From Octopus vulgaris (Eukaryota), in assembly GCA_951406725.2 (NCBI GenBank), contig OX597826.1, positions 67,518,001-67,582,000 of the forward strand: a stretch of DNA of 64,000 nt. The letters are read 5' to 3'. A model generated the notes under the pieces. The model saw only the letters and a program-made list of their open reading frames with translations. It did not search any database and was not told the DNA's origin. Position numbers and translations under genes: made by a program. Within the stretch, counting starts at the first letter, position 1. Each line of letters begins with the position of its first letter. Shown piece by piece: positions 27,862 through 39,689 of this stretch.

Positions 27862-28807
27862 GTAATATTTATATTATACAAAATTTTTACTCAGTTTGGT
27901 TTTCAAGCAATAATTTTAGCAGTTTTGGCAGCAGGGTTTTTCTTGTTGTGGGTGGAAAGAGTAATGTATATGGTGGAAATTATGTGTTGTATAAGAAGGT
28001 TTATTGGCAGAAAAGAAAAGTAGCTGTTTGGGTAAGTGGAGAATGTAGAAGGATAGAAAGAAATTATATCTTTGTAAGTGTCGTTAAAGAGTAAAGGATG
28101 GTAAAGGCAATTCGTTCTGATTTAATAAAGGCTTTTCGTTCAGGGCACTATCTTGGAGTCTATATAAAACAGGGTGTTTGAAGTAAACTTGAATTGAACT
28201 TTATGTGATGTATCTTTCATATTTAGGACACAATTTCTTCTGTTTGAAGTTTTTTTTCTTTTTAAAGACTTACTTAGGTTCTGCTACACTGGATCGTGTT
28301 GTGCAGTTTAAGGGTTCATATAAGAATGTTTATAGTATATAGAGATTCGATTTGTAACAGTATAATATATCAGTGAGATCACTCCTACTTTGACATTAAA
28401 GAATGTTACGCAACAATATCGGAATCTAAACTTTTGTGCCATTTCAAGTTTGCCAGATCTACTACAACAGTCATTGGCATACAAATCGAAATAATACTAT
28501 AGTTCATAAAGTACCTTCAATTCTACAGCAATGCATACGGGATTAACAAAAGACTGCGAAATCATTTGAAGTTAGCACTGGATCAAAAGACTCAAAATAC
28601 GTCAGTGATCCAGTCGGCCTATACATACATACACGCATACATATATATGTACATACACATAAGCGCGTGCAGACGCATACACACATACATAGTACAACAA
28701 ATTCCCTTTGTCTCTAAAAAGATCTTGGTCTTCTCGAAAACTTCAATGTAAAAAACAGTCATATTTAGAATAGAATAACATCTGATCACCATGAACATGT
28801 GATTCTC

Positions 28808-28975
28808 TGTGGCTGTGTGGTAAGTAGCTTGCTTACCAACCACAAGATTCCGGGTTTAATCCCACTACGTGGCACCATGGGCAAGTGTCTTCTACTATAG
28901 CCTCGGACCGACCAAAACCTTGTAGTGGATTTGGTAGACGGAAACTGAAAGAAGCCCGTCCTATATATGTATATA

Positions 28976-29044
<69 letters not shown>

Positions 29045-29257
29045 ATGTGTGTGTTTGTGTGTCTGTGTTTGTCCTCCCAACATCGCTTGACAACCGATGC
29101 TGGTCTGTTTACGTCCCCGTAAGGTAACGGTTCGGCAAAAAAGAGCGATAGAATAACTACTAGGCTTACAAAGAATGAGTCCTGGGGTCGATTTGCTCGA
29201 CTAAAGGCGGTGCTCCAGCATGGCTGCAGTCAAATGACTGAAACAAGTAAAAGAGTA
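28808..29257 (+). mobile_element. SINE family C, near full length, with internal (TA)/(TG) tract
   Basis: tRNA-like head, internal microsatellite, tail GGCGGTGCTCCAGCATGGCTGCAGTCAAATGACTGAAAC. Confidence 0.92.
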
Positions 29258-29264
29258 CCGTGGC

Positions 29265-29750
29265 CATTCGTCTCAAAACATTTGCCTTCCTTGATGTCAA
29301 ATTAGACACAGCATCTTCCATTTACAAACCTAAACTTAAAAAGAGAAAAGGAAAAATATATCTACATAGATTTCCAACAAGCCTCAGAGTAAAATTAAAA
29401 GACACGTCAAGAATATTGCGTTGTGTTTCTCTTCTTTATTCTCTAATGAACCAATATTCAACGAAATAGCAACAACGTATGGGAAAACGCTACACAACTG
29501 CGTTTATAGAGGAAAACATTAATAAAAAATGACAACAGATGAGTAATAAAGAAGGAACATAAGAACAGAGAAAGAAAAAAATCATCTGGTTCTATCCGGA
29601 CTCTACATACATGTCACCACCCTTATAGGCAAAATGAATGAATGAAACATAAGACACGCGGGTCATATCTGTCCAAAAGAGTCGTAATTTTGGCAACGCT
29701 GTTATAGTAGCAAAAACAGTAGCAAAGATAAAAGCAACAACGACATACAC
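29265..29750 (+). pseudogene. Penelope-like element reverse transcriptase C-terminal fragment
   Basis: Across frameshifts: FLDVKLD..YKP, IYLH..SNKP, SNEPIFNE..Y, RKKKIIWFYP, IGK, YS. This matches the PLE pattern FLDV..YKP..SNHP..SSNEEIF..RNIIWFNPP..SYSC. Confidence 0.7.
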
Positions 29751-30820
29751 GAAATGACATATGTAATTGCAGCCATAATATACGACAATACAACAAAAAT
29801 AGCACAAACGAAACCACGAAACAACAACAACGAAACAACAGTAAAAGCAATGGACAGTAAGCAGATGTTTGTGGAAACAGGAACTGTCAAGAATTAAACC
29901 AGCAAGAATTGTTAATACGAAAGTAGAACGCAGAAATCATTTTGAAAGAGACAAACGGAGACAGGTGAAGTGATAAGTCTATTACGCAAATATTTAAATA
30001 TATTCACCTTTGAGTCGGTATACAATGTGTCACACAAGTAGTTGGCTATTTCATTGTTATTGGAGATGTCAAAATTCAGAGCTTGTTCCTTAAAAACGGA
30101 GAGGAAGCCTCTATCTTTCCAGTTACAGAATAAGAAGCAAGCAGAATCGGAAGTAAAAATGGCTTCGGTGATTTTCCTATAAATTTGGGTCTCTTAAAGG
30201 CGATTGGTTTGATCGAACAGACCTGTACGGAAAAGATTTGTACCTATTTTATATAGATGCCTATGTGCGCGCGTACAAAGGAGAGTGTATATGTGTATTT
30301 GTGTGTTTGCGGTATGTGTGTTTGTGTATTTACGCTATGTGTGTTTACGGTTAAAAATATACACCACGCAAATTTACATGAAATTTACAATGTTCACTTG
30401 TATATTAATTTCTACTAAATTATGTTAAGAATAATTCTTGTCTCTGACTTGGAAGTAAAATATAATATCAACGCCATTTACATTGTTTTGGTTTCCGGCT
30501 CCAAATGTACTTTATGAATTCGAGCTTATATACATTTCAGTATCATTCCAAACATGAACACCCACTTGAAGAAAATACAAATTCAATGAAATGATAAATA
30601 TATGCCAAATAAATTGATTTTAATTATTTATCTTAGTATACATATAGTGTGGGGAATCTGCACACGGCGATCAATTAATTCGACAGCAGTAAATGTAATC
30701 AACAAGATAAGAATATTGTAAGTGATGATTAATGTCGCTTCAATTTTAGAGTGAGGAACAGAATGCTGTACAAAATGCAATAAGGTTATATCGAGTAGGA
30801 ATGGTTTTGGTATCTAGTTA

Positions 30821-31047
30821 CTGGCAGAAACGTTAGCACACCGGTCGAAATACTTAGCGGTGTTTCGTCTGCCGTTACGTTGTGAGTTCAAATTCCGCCG
30901 AGGTCGACTTTGCCTTTCATCCTTTCGGGTTCGATAAATTAAGTACCAGTTACGCACTGGGGTCGATGTAATCGACTTAATACCTATGTATGTCCTTGTT
31001 TGTCCCCTCTATGTTTAGCCCCTTGTGGGTAATAAAGAAATAGGTAT
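30821..31047 (+). mobile_element. SINE family B, tail type 1, with 13-bp TSD
   Basis: GGTATCTAGTTAC at 30809-30821 and 31043-31055. Confidence 0.92.
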
Positions 31048-31116
31048 CTAGTTACGTTTCAATACATGCGTACATACATCCATACATACATACATGCATA
31101 TATATATATATATATA

Positions 31117-31975
31117 TGATGGGCTCTCCTTTAGGTTTCGACGTATGAGATTCCGACAACGTACTCTTTCTTCGTCAGTCATAATGCTTATGTCGAATGT
31201 GACATTTAAGTCTCGCCGATTTTCGAAAAACACAATAGATCCTGCAAGTATGGGGATTACAGATCAGTGCAGGTGGTATATTTGCAGCTGCTTTTCTCTT
31301 TTGCCTTGCACACCAAAGCCTGTTTGTGCTGGTTGCAACACAGTTTCTAATACCATTTTGACACATTTTGATCGCTCAATGATGTTGTGAGTTATCTTCA
31401 TTGCCAAGAGGTTACTCTTCAGCGTGTCCTTGTATCTGTATAATGGTCGACCAACACTCTTGTGTCCACTCTCAAGCTGGCTCTATACGAGGACTTTGGG
31501 TATTCTTTCGTCACTCATTCTAAAGACATGGTCAGCCCAGTGCAATTGTGATTGCATAAGGTTGCTCTCGATTCCACCAATCTTACACTTCCTAAGCAGG
31601 TCGGCATTAGAAACATTGTCTTTTAGTGAATAACTGCAGATTTTCCTCAAACAGTCTTTGTGGAAGATGCCTAGTTGGTTAATGTATTGTCTATAAGGTC
31701 TCCACGATTTTGAGCCATACAAGAAAGAATGGTATCTTTAGAGAGCTGTACTTTGGTGTCAAGATTGATGCTCCTTTCATTTTATAGTCGATGACGGAGT
31801 TTGCCGAATGCGTAGGTTGCCTTTGTAAGACGGTTGACGATTTCATCGTCAAGGGAAGGGCTCGAATTCACTTTACTACCAAGATGTGTGAATGACATCA
31901 CATAATTTAGGCTTTTCCTATCAACATGTATAGGAGTCACAGGAAAATTGTGAACCGGTTGTACTGGGTTACAGG
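31117..31975 (-). pseudogene. RTE-clade LINE 3' fragment (RT C-terminus)
   Basis: LDDEIVNRLTKATYAFGKL, LYGSKSW..CLRKI..VSNADLL..QLHWADHVFRMSDERIPK, GRP..RYKDTLK, plus a terminal C/H-rich motif. Stops and frameshifts present. Confidence 0.88.
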
Positions 31976-32073
31976 GTTACACGTCACCAGCAGCGAACGA
32001 GAGCGACTAATAGCACTCGTTGAGCAACCTGAGTTAATAGCGTAGGAGTTATGGGAGTTAACTCCCTTAACTC

Positions 32074-32171
<98 letters not shown>

Positions 32172-32180
32172 GTTCAGAAT

Positions 32181-32290
32181 GAATGTGATCTTCATGCAAG
32201 TTTAGGAGGTTTAACTCCTATTTTGGGAAATATAGGTTCTCCCGGCACACTCAGTCAAACTAGTTACGATTAAATATGTGTGCATGTTTA

Positions 32291-32331
<41 letters not shown>

Positions 32332-32972
32332 AAATGTGTGTTTCTGTAAAAGTGGAAGCATATCTGGAACAAATGCGTGTGTAAAATGTATGTACATTCT
32401 TGATATTAAGCTCCCGCTGCCCCATAATTTCAATGGAAGGAGACTGGCAATTTATGTAACATGGTACCCGAGGATGACATTCGTGTACTGTTCACTTTAT
32501 GACACCAAAAATTTACGAGTGTGAAAATTATTTGATCTAAAACTTGAAAATTTAGTTGACTGTATTTTATTTGACTTTCCGACTTTAAAAGCTGTTGGGT
32601 ACAAATATGTTTTACTCGCAGAAATTTTCGTTGAATAGCAGTAAAATATATCTTGTCTTCATGTGCTATTGGTTATTCAAAATGACTGTATATACAGTTT
32701 CTTGTCTCTACAACAAGATATGCATTTTAGTATAGCTTCACTCTAATCGCTACAATGTCAGCCGCAACTCCTGTCAGCGATTAGGCTTCCAGTTAATATT
32801 GCATATCGCTGATCATTTTAGAATTCGCAGAATTAAATCCAACCAGACGTATTAAATACTATTAAGCGAATGTCTTCTTCCCTTGAAATTATGGGACGGC
32901 GAAAACTTAATATCAAGCATGTACATACATTTTATACACGCATCTGTTCCAGATATGCTTCCACTTTTACAG

Positions 32973-33017
<45 letters not shown>

Positions 33018-33127
33018 AACACACACACATGTTTAATCGTCATTAATTTTGACTGAATGTGCAGAGAGAACCTATATTTAAAAAGATAGGAGTTAAATAT
33101 ATTAAAGTTTCATGAAAATCACACTCT
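32181..33127. mobile_element. Long-TIR fold-back element
   Basis: 32181-32442 and 32873-33127 are ~260-bp inverted copies, each with a (CA)n tract. No TSD found. Confidence 0.75.
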
Positions 33128-33134
33128 CTATTTG

Positions 33135-33190
<56 letters not shown>

Positions 33191-33228
33191 CCTACCTACC
33201 ATCTATCTATCTATCTATCTATCTATAT

Positions 33229-33265
<37 letters not shown>

Positions 33266-33413
33266 ATAGTGTACATTTAAACACAAGAGAAAAATACATT
33301 TAACAGGTAATTTTTACGCGCTAGTAGAAGCAGTTAATACGACCAAGGTCACATTTTAAGAGGTATTTTGGAAGGGAATGAAAAATACAAACTTTTACTT
33401 TGTTACTTTTTAT

Positions 33414-33482
33414 GGTCACACCTAGGTTTCTGATTATTTTAGCAAATAAAATATTTTGCTAGACGAATCTTCATCAGTAACC
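33414..33482 (-). ncRNA. Type I hammerhead ribozyme motif with non-canonical GUG triplet
   Basis: GGTTA-CTGATGA-stem II (GATT/AATC, TAGCAAA/TTTGCTA)-GAAAC-CTAG-GTG-TGACC. Confidence 0.7.
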
Positions 33483-33954
33483 GTGCCTTAACAATTAACA
33501 TATAATTTAGAGACGAATTACACGTGCCTTATCATTATATGTTATACTTTTTCAAAATTCAGTCACGTCTTGTCCTTACGTTCGGACCGCGGTGTAGACG
33601 AAACAGGGACAACTGAAGAAGGTGAATATTCCTTGCGTTGTATGTCTTGTACTCTGTTTTTCCGTTGTTTGAAAAAAAAGTCCGTTTCCATGTTCTTGCT
33701 TTTATGTTTTCGTTTCTCATTGTGTTCAACGTCTTTTGATGTCCTGTACCCATATATGCATGTATATATACATATAGATGTAGGTATGTGCATATATGTA
33801 TGTATATATGCATATATATATATATATACATACAAAAATATAAGGAATGGCCATAATAGGACATTCGACTCACTAGAAAGAGCAGCCAAACTCAAACCGC
33901 TAAAAGTTGTAATTCTGAACTTGAAAGAGAAATAAAAACGTTTACCCCCTTTCA

Positions 33955-34049
33955 TCTCTGGACTATGCATAGTTTCGGTAAACTTTTGTAAACAAATTAA
34001 TTAAATTAAATTAAATTTATTTACAACTGGCGTGCCTCGTCAGCAGAGA
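33955..34049 (-). ncRNA. Type I hammerhead ribozyme motif, canonical core
   Basis: TCTCTG-CTGACGA-GG...CC-GAAAC-TATGCATA-GTC-CAGAGA: perfect 6-bp stem I, palindromic stem III, 13-bp distal stem II. Confidence 0.9.
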
Positions 34050-34540
34050 AGCCAAGGACGAGTAATTTATCCACGAGGCGATGGAAATGAAGCCTCCAGT
34101 CTATATACTATAAATTTTCAAAATTTACCGCAATCGTGCGGTCTTCTCTGCAGCAAATATAAACTGCTGATTTAATTTCAAAATTAGTCAAAAATCATTA
34201 ATTAATAAATATTACAAAATTTTGTAGAATTTTTTGCTACCCTTATATATATTAATATATATATATATATATACATATAGATATATATCTCTTTTACTCT
34301 TTTACTTGTTTCAGTCATTTGACTGCGGCCATGCTGGAGCACCGCATTTAATCGAGCAACTCGACCCCGGGACTTATTCTTTTGTAAGCCCAGTACTTAG
34401 TCTATCGGTCTCTTTTGCCGAACCACTAAGTAACGGGGACATAAACACACCAGCATCGGTTGTCAAACAATGCTAGGGGGACAAACACAGACACACAAAC
34501 ACACCCACGCATATATATATATAGATATAGATATATATAT

Positions 34541-34808
34541 AATAAATATTAGGGAATAAATCCAAATTTACAGGGAAAAAATCAGATTTAGGATTAAATC
34601 CAATTTTATAGTAAAATATTATATAATATTAATTAGAGACAAAACCACTATTTTGCAAAACAAACAAGGAAAGACTTAATCAATACATAAAATTTTAATA
34701 AAAAGTAAAAAAAACCGCCACTACAATTGTTTCATGTCTTCAAATGACAATCTTCAGGTGGATTTCCGATTTTCAAATCAGTTTCAATTTAAGTGGTTTT
34801 GTCTCTAA

Positions 34809-34820
<12 letters not shown>
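34541..34820 (-). mobile_element. PLE/retrozyme-like module: leader, IR, hammerhead, IR
   Basis: 29-bp inverted repeats at 34621-34649 and 34792-34820; homologous to 38398-38690. Confidence 0.75.
34718..34761 (-). ncRNA. Minimal type I hammerhead ribozyme motif
   Basis: CCAC-CTGAAGA-T-TGTC..GACA-T-GAAAC-AATT-GTA-GTGG. Confidence 0.8.
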
Positions 34821-34881
<61 letters not shown>

Positions 34882-35057
34882 TATATATATATACATATAT
34901 ACGACGGGCTTCTTTCAGTTTCCGTCTACCAAATCCACTCAGAAGGCTTTGGTCGGCCCGAGGCTATAGTAGAAGACACCTGCCCAAGGTGCCACGCAGC
35001 GGGACTGAACCCGGAACCATGTGGTTGGTAAACAAGCTACTTGCTACACAGCCATTC

Positions 35058-35102
<45 letters not shown>

Positions 35103-35109
<7 letters not shown>

Positions 35110-35284
35110 CTTCTTGTCTCTACAACAAGATATGCTTTTTAGTATAGCTTCACTCTAATCGCTACAATGTCAGCCGCAACTGCTGTCAGCGATTAGGCTT
35201 CCAGTTAGTATTGCATATCGCTGATCATTTTAGAATTCGTAGAATTGAATACAACCAGACGTATTAAATACTATTAAGCGAATG
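35103..35284 (+). repeat. 182-bp direct duplicate of 32691-32872
   Basis: Near-identical, with only a handful of substitutions. Confidence 0.92.
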
Positions 35285-35616
35285 CTGTCACTGCAATCCT
35301 AAGAGTATCTTGTTTATCATAAATGTAATAATTCCTATTATGTCAGAGACAGGTTATGATGTAGGGGAAATTTGGTTGATACTTTAAAACATATTAAGCC
35401 TGGAAGCGGGTGGGGAGTGCTAGTTTCGTAGACAACTTTTGTGTGAATGTAGTGAATTCAAACGACTACAGGGTATATGAGAGTAGATGCAGAAATGCTG
35501 CATTTTTGCCCGTTGCCTTCTCTAGGTAGAATCAAAACTCACTTAGTAGTGATATATTTAGATAATCAAACGCGCACCAAAACAGAAAGTAGTAAGTATT
35601 AAATTTTTTTTTTTTT

Positions 35617-36002
35617 GGAAGCACTCCGTTGTTTACGACGATGAGGGTTCCGGTTGATCCGAATCAACGGAACAGCCTGCTCGTGAAATTAACGTGTAAG
35701 TGGCTGAGCACTCCATAGACACGTGCACCCTTAACGTAGTTCTCGGGGATATTCAGCGTGACACAGAGAGTGACAAGGCTGGCCCCTTGAAATACAGGTA
35801 CAACATAAACAGGAAGTAAGAGTGAGAGAACGTTGTGGTGAAAGAGTACAGCAGGAATCACCACTATCCCCTGCCGGAGCGTCGTGGAGCTTTTAGATGT
35901 TTTCGCTCAATAAACACTCACAACGCCCGGTCTGGGAATCGAAACCGCGATCCTATGACCGCGAGTCCGCTGCCCTAACCACTGGGCCATTGCGCCTCCA
36001 CA
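35617..36002 (-). mobile_element. SINE family A, tail type 2
   Basis: Same tRNA head and body as type 1, but a different 3' half ending GGAGTGCTTCC(A)n. Confidence 0.9.
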
Positions 36003-36334
36003 AGTATTAAAATATATGTGCATCGACTCCAGAAAATTATTTACATAAATTTTCCTCAATCGTGCCGTACATATTAAAATGAAAAAAAAAAACAATCAAA
36101 AACAATGAAACTTGGAACAAAAAGATTAAAAATATGGATTGCATAATATTGACACACAAGTACAGATTTAAATGATGAAGGTAGAGTCCGTTAACCTGAT
36201 GTTATAATATTACAGGTAGGTTTATTAGCAACACGTGGCTAAAGGATGAAATGCGAAATTGATCAACAGATGGATTTTGAATTCATCAAAGTTAACAAAA
36301 TTATCCTGTAAACACAAATCGAAACACACACTTG

Positions 36335-36378
<44 letters not shown>

Positions 36379-36419
36379 TGTCTGTGTATGTTTATTTGCA
36401 TGTTTTATAATAATACATT

Positions 36420-36726
36420 GTGGAGGCGCAATAGCCTAGTGGTTAGGGCAGCGGACTCGCGGTCAGCGGACTCGCGGTTTCGATTTCCAGACCGGGCGTT
36501 GTGAGTGTTTATTGAGCGAAATCACCTAAAAGCTCCACGGCTCCGGCAGGGGGTGGTGATCCCTGCTGTACTCTTTCACCACTTTTTCTCCCACTCTTTC
36601 TTCTGTTGGCCTGCTCGCTTAGCCAGCGGGGTGGCGTCATTCGAAGGCTAAAACAATGCGAACGCATTGTGACCAGCGATGTATAACAACATCTGATGGT
36701 CTGGTCGGTCATGTGATCACGTGATA
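36420..36726 (+). mobile_element. SINE family A, tail type 1
   Basis: A box TAGCCTAGTGG, B box GGTTTCGATTTCC; tail ends GATCACGTGATA. Confidence 0.9.
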
Positions 36727-37118
36727 TTATACATTTCTCAAAATTCGAAGTCATTGTCAAACCTCTGTTTGCTAGATCTAATATTCATGGACTTTGCTAT
36801 TAAATAATCCTTCAGTTTAATGGTAAAATTCGTTCTTGAGTTCTCTGGCATAAGATCAAACATCACACGCACACACACACACACACGCACGCACACACAC
36901 ACATGTATATATTTCATCGGTTCTATGTTTTGTCTCGTTCCCTACGGATTAATCTTTAAGGAACATAGTATCCAGGTGTTTTAGTCAGCTAAAGAAAACA
37001 TGGTTTTTTAAACTGCGAAAATTGTCTTCTTTCAACAGCTGATGTAAGGTAAATATTCTATTTATTTCACTTAATATTGCTTTTTTACGGTGTGGTCTCT
37101 ATCTCTCTTTTCTCTCTC

Positions 37119-37405
<287 letters not shown>

Positions 37406-37412
37406 TATTTGT

Positions 37413-37790
37413 AGGCGCAGGCGTGGCTGTGTGGCAAGAAGATTGCTTCAGAACATGGTTCCGGATTCAGTACCACTCTGTGGAACTTTGGGCAAGTGGA
37501 TTTAGTAGATGGAAACTCAAAGAAGCCCATCGTATAATACATACATATATATATATATTTATATATGGATATGTATATGTTTGGGTGTCTGTGTTTGTCT
37601 GCACACCATCGATTGACAGCCGATGTTGGTATATTTATGTCCCCGTACATAAGCCGTTCCGCAAAAGCGATCGACAGAATATGTAATAGGCTTACAAAGA
37701 ATAAGTCCTGGGGTCGATTTGTTCGACTAAAAGCGGTGCACCAGCATGGCCGAGGTCCAATGACTGAAACAGATAACAGAATAAAAGAAT
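37413..37790 (+). mobile_element. SINE family C
   Basis: Head, internal microsatellite and tail all present. Confidence 0.88.
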
Positions 37791-37949
37791 ATGTGTGTGT
37801 GTGTGTTTGTGTGTTCGTACAGGTATGTATGAATGTTTATAATTATGCTCTTTGAGCTGTACCATGCTGAAAATGGTAATGGGAGTTACATCTCTAAACT
37901 GGAAATTGTGGAGCTACTCATAATACCCTTTCTATAATTATATTTATAT

Positions 37950-38070
37950 GATTGATTTTGAATTTGATTTTTCTAGTTTCAGCTAATGAGCTGTGGCCAT
38001 GCTGGGGCACCGCCATTTGGTTTGCTACACGATTTTACCTCACGGATGCTTTTTAGCAAACGCCATCTGA
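37950..38070 (-). mobile_element. Short CR1-like LINE 3' end (second copy at 51711-51766)
   Basis: GGCGGTGCCCCAGCATGGCCACAGCTCATTAGCTGAAACTAGAA on the minus strand. Confidence 0.7.
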
Positions 38071-38149
38071 TGCATGATTATATATTTTCTATTAATCATT
38101 ACCTATATGCATGAATTATGTTAGCACTTTCAAATATGTAATCTCGAAT

Positions 38150-38206
38150 ATCATGCTGACGAAGGAAATTAATTTTACAATTTTAATCCCGAAACGCGTA
38201 CATGAT
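38150..38206 (+). ncRNA. Type I hammerhead ribozyme motif
   Basis: ATCATG-CTGACGA-A-GGA...TCC-C-GAAAC-GC-GTA-CATGAT; 6-bp stem I; stem III palindrome ACGCGT. Confidence 0.85.
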
Positions 38207-38397
38207 TAATCGAAGGCTGGTTAGTTTCGTTATTTTTTTCTTCTTTTTGTCTATGTAATTTACGAGTATTACTGTCTGTGGAGATATATTGTAGCAAAAG
38301 AATTAGTAGTTTTTGATTGCTATTTCTAAATCTTCAGTATGTGGTGATGCAACTTTTTGCTAATCCCTTAATTATGTTTATATATATATATATATAA

Positions 38398-38682
38398 TAA
38401 TAAATATTAGGGAATAAATCCAAATTTACAGGGAAAAATCAGATTTAGGACTGAATCCAATTTTATAGTAAAATATTATATAATATTAATTAGAGACAAA
38501 ACTTCATAACTTAAAATTGAATAGAAGATCTGAATACCACCTGAAGAATGTCCTTAGAAGAGACACGAAACAATTGTAGTGGCGAATTTAATTTTATTTA
38601 ATTTATATAAAATTTTTTATGTATTGGATTAAGTCTTTCTTTGTTTGATTTGCATAATAGTGGTTTTGTCTCTAATTAATAT

Positions 38683-38690
<8 letters not shown>
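38398..38690 (+). mobile_element. PLE/retrozyme-like module: leader, IR, hammerhead, IR
   Basis: IRs at 38481-38502 and 38663-38684; the interior is the reverse-complement homolog of the 34650-34791 interior. Confidence 0.75.
38537..38582 (+). ncRNA. Minimal type I hammerhead ribozyme motif
   Basis: CCAC-CTGAAGA-A-TGTC..GACA-C-GAAAC-AATT-GTA-GTGG. Confidence 0.82.
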
Positions 38691-38735
<45 letters not shown>

Positions 38736-38772
38736 GAAAGATTTTTTTATGTGAAGTCGTGTGTTGAAACAG

Positions 38773-38944
38773 ATATTGTTATATTTCGGAATGGTCATTT
38801 TGTCAGTTTAGCCAAAGAACTCTGGCCGAAATAAGATTAATATTAATGTAAAAAATAAATAACACTGAAGCAAAGTAACACCAAATATATAGTGCGTGTG
38901 TTTTTTTTATTGGCTAAACTGACAAAATGACCATTCCGAAATAT

Positions 38945-38952
<8 letters not shown>
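38773..38952. repeat. 43-bp perfect inverted repeat module between (TA)n tracts
   Basis: Arms at 38773-38815 and 38910-38952; a solo arm recurs at about 53902-53945. Confidence 0.9.
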
Positions 38953-38981
<29 letters not shown>

Positions 38982-39646
38982 GACACAGACACAGACACGC
39001 ACACACACACACACGCGCGCGCGCGCGCGCACGCAAACGCACAGGCACACACAAATTTGCATTGAGAAGAAAGAACATCAGATTTTACCTAGCTTATTAA
39101 GTGCTTTTCGAATTTTCTTGTAGTTTGAATCAGGTAAGCTCACATTTCCATCATTAACGTTACTAAGCAATTAGAGTCTCACCTTCTGGATGAAGTAATG
39201 TTGGCGAGTGTTGGAGATTTCTTATGGGAGGTGAATAAAACATAATGTTTGTATTTAAAATCATTCGCCTTCAGACGTAGACTGTGTTTCTTTTTCAAAG
39301 TTAAATCTTTCTTGGAACTGATGTCATCGAATCAGTCAAACATAGAGAACAGTAAGACTGATTATATATAACCACATATATAAATATATATATATATATG
39401 TATGAATATTTTGCGTTTATACATACATTCATACACAGATATATAAACGTATAAATTACATGCACACATGCATATATGTATGTATAAATATATGTATGTA
39501 TGAATATTGTATGAGTATATATACGTATATAATTTTATATGTACATATATATATATATGTATAATTTTATATATATGTATAAATTTATAAATATAATTTT
39601 CTATGCATATATATCTATGCATATATACATACACACACACACATAC

Positions 39647-39689
<43 letters not shown>

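Larger units (their letters stand above)
34287..35060 (-). mobile_element. SINE family C with a hammerhead module nested in its microsatellite
   Basis: Tail at 34287-34510, head at 34900-35060. Confidence 0.9.

Noticed and set aside
31130-31180. Minus-strand CTGACGA..GAAAC at the RTE 3' end
   Set aside because: No stems adjacent to the core; the TGA is the LINE stop codon.
33560-33640. GAAAC...CTGAAGA as a permuted hammerhead
   Set aside because: No NUH triplet and no stem I between the motifs.
36420-36498. tRNA genes
   Set aside because: A/B boxes are present, but they are heads of multi-copy SINEs without a proper acceptor stem.
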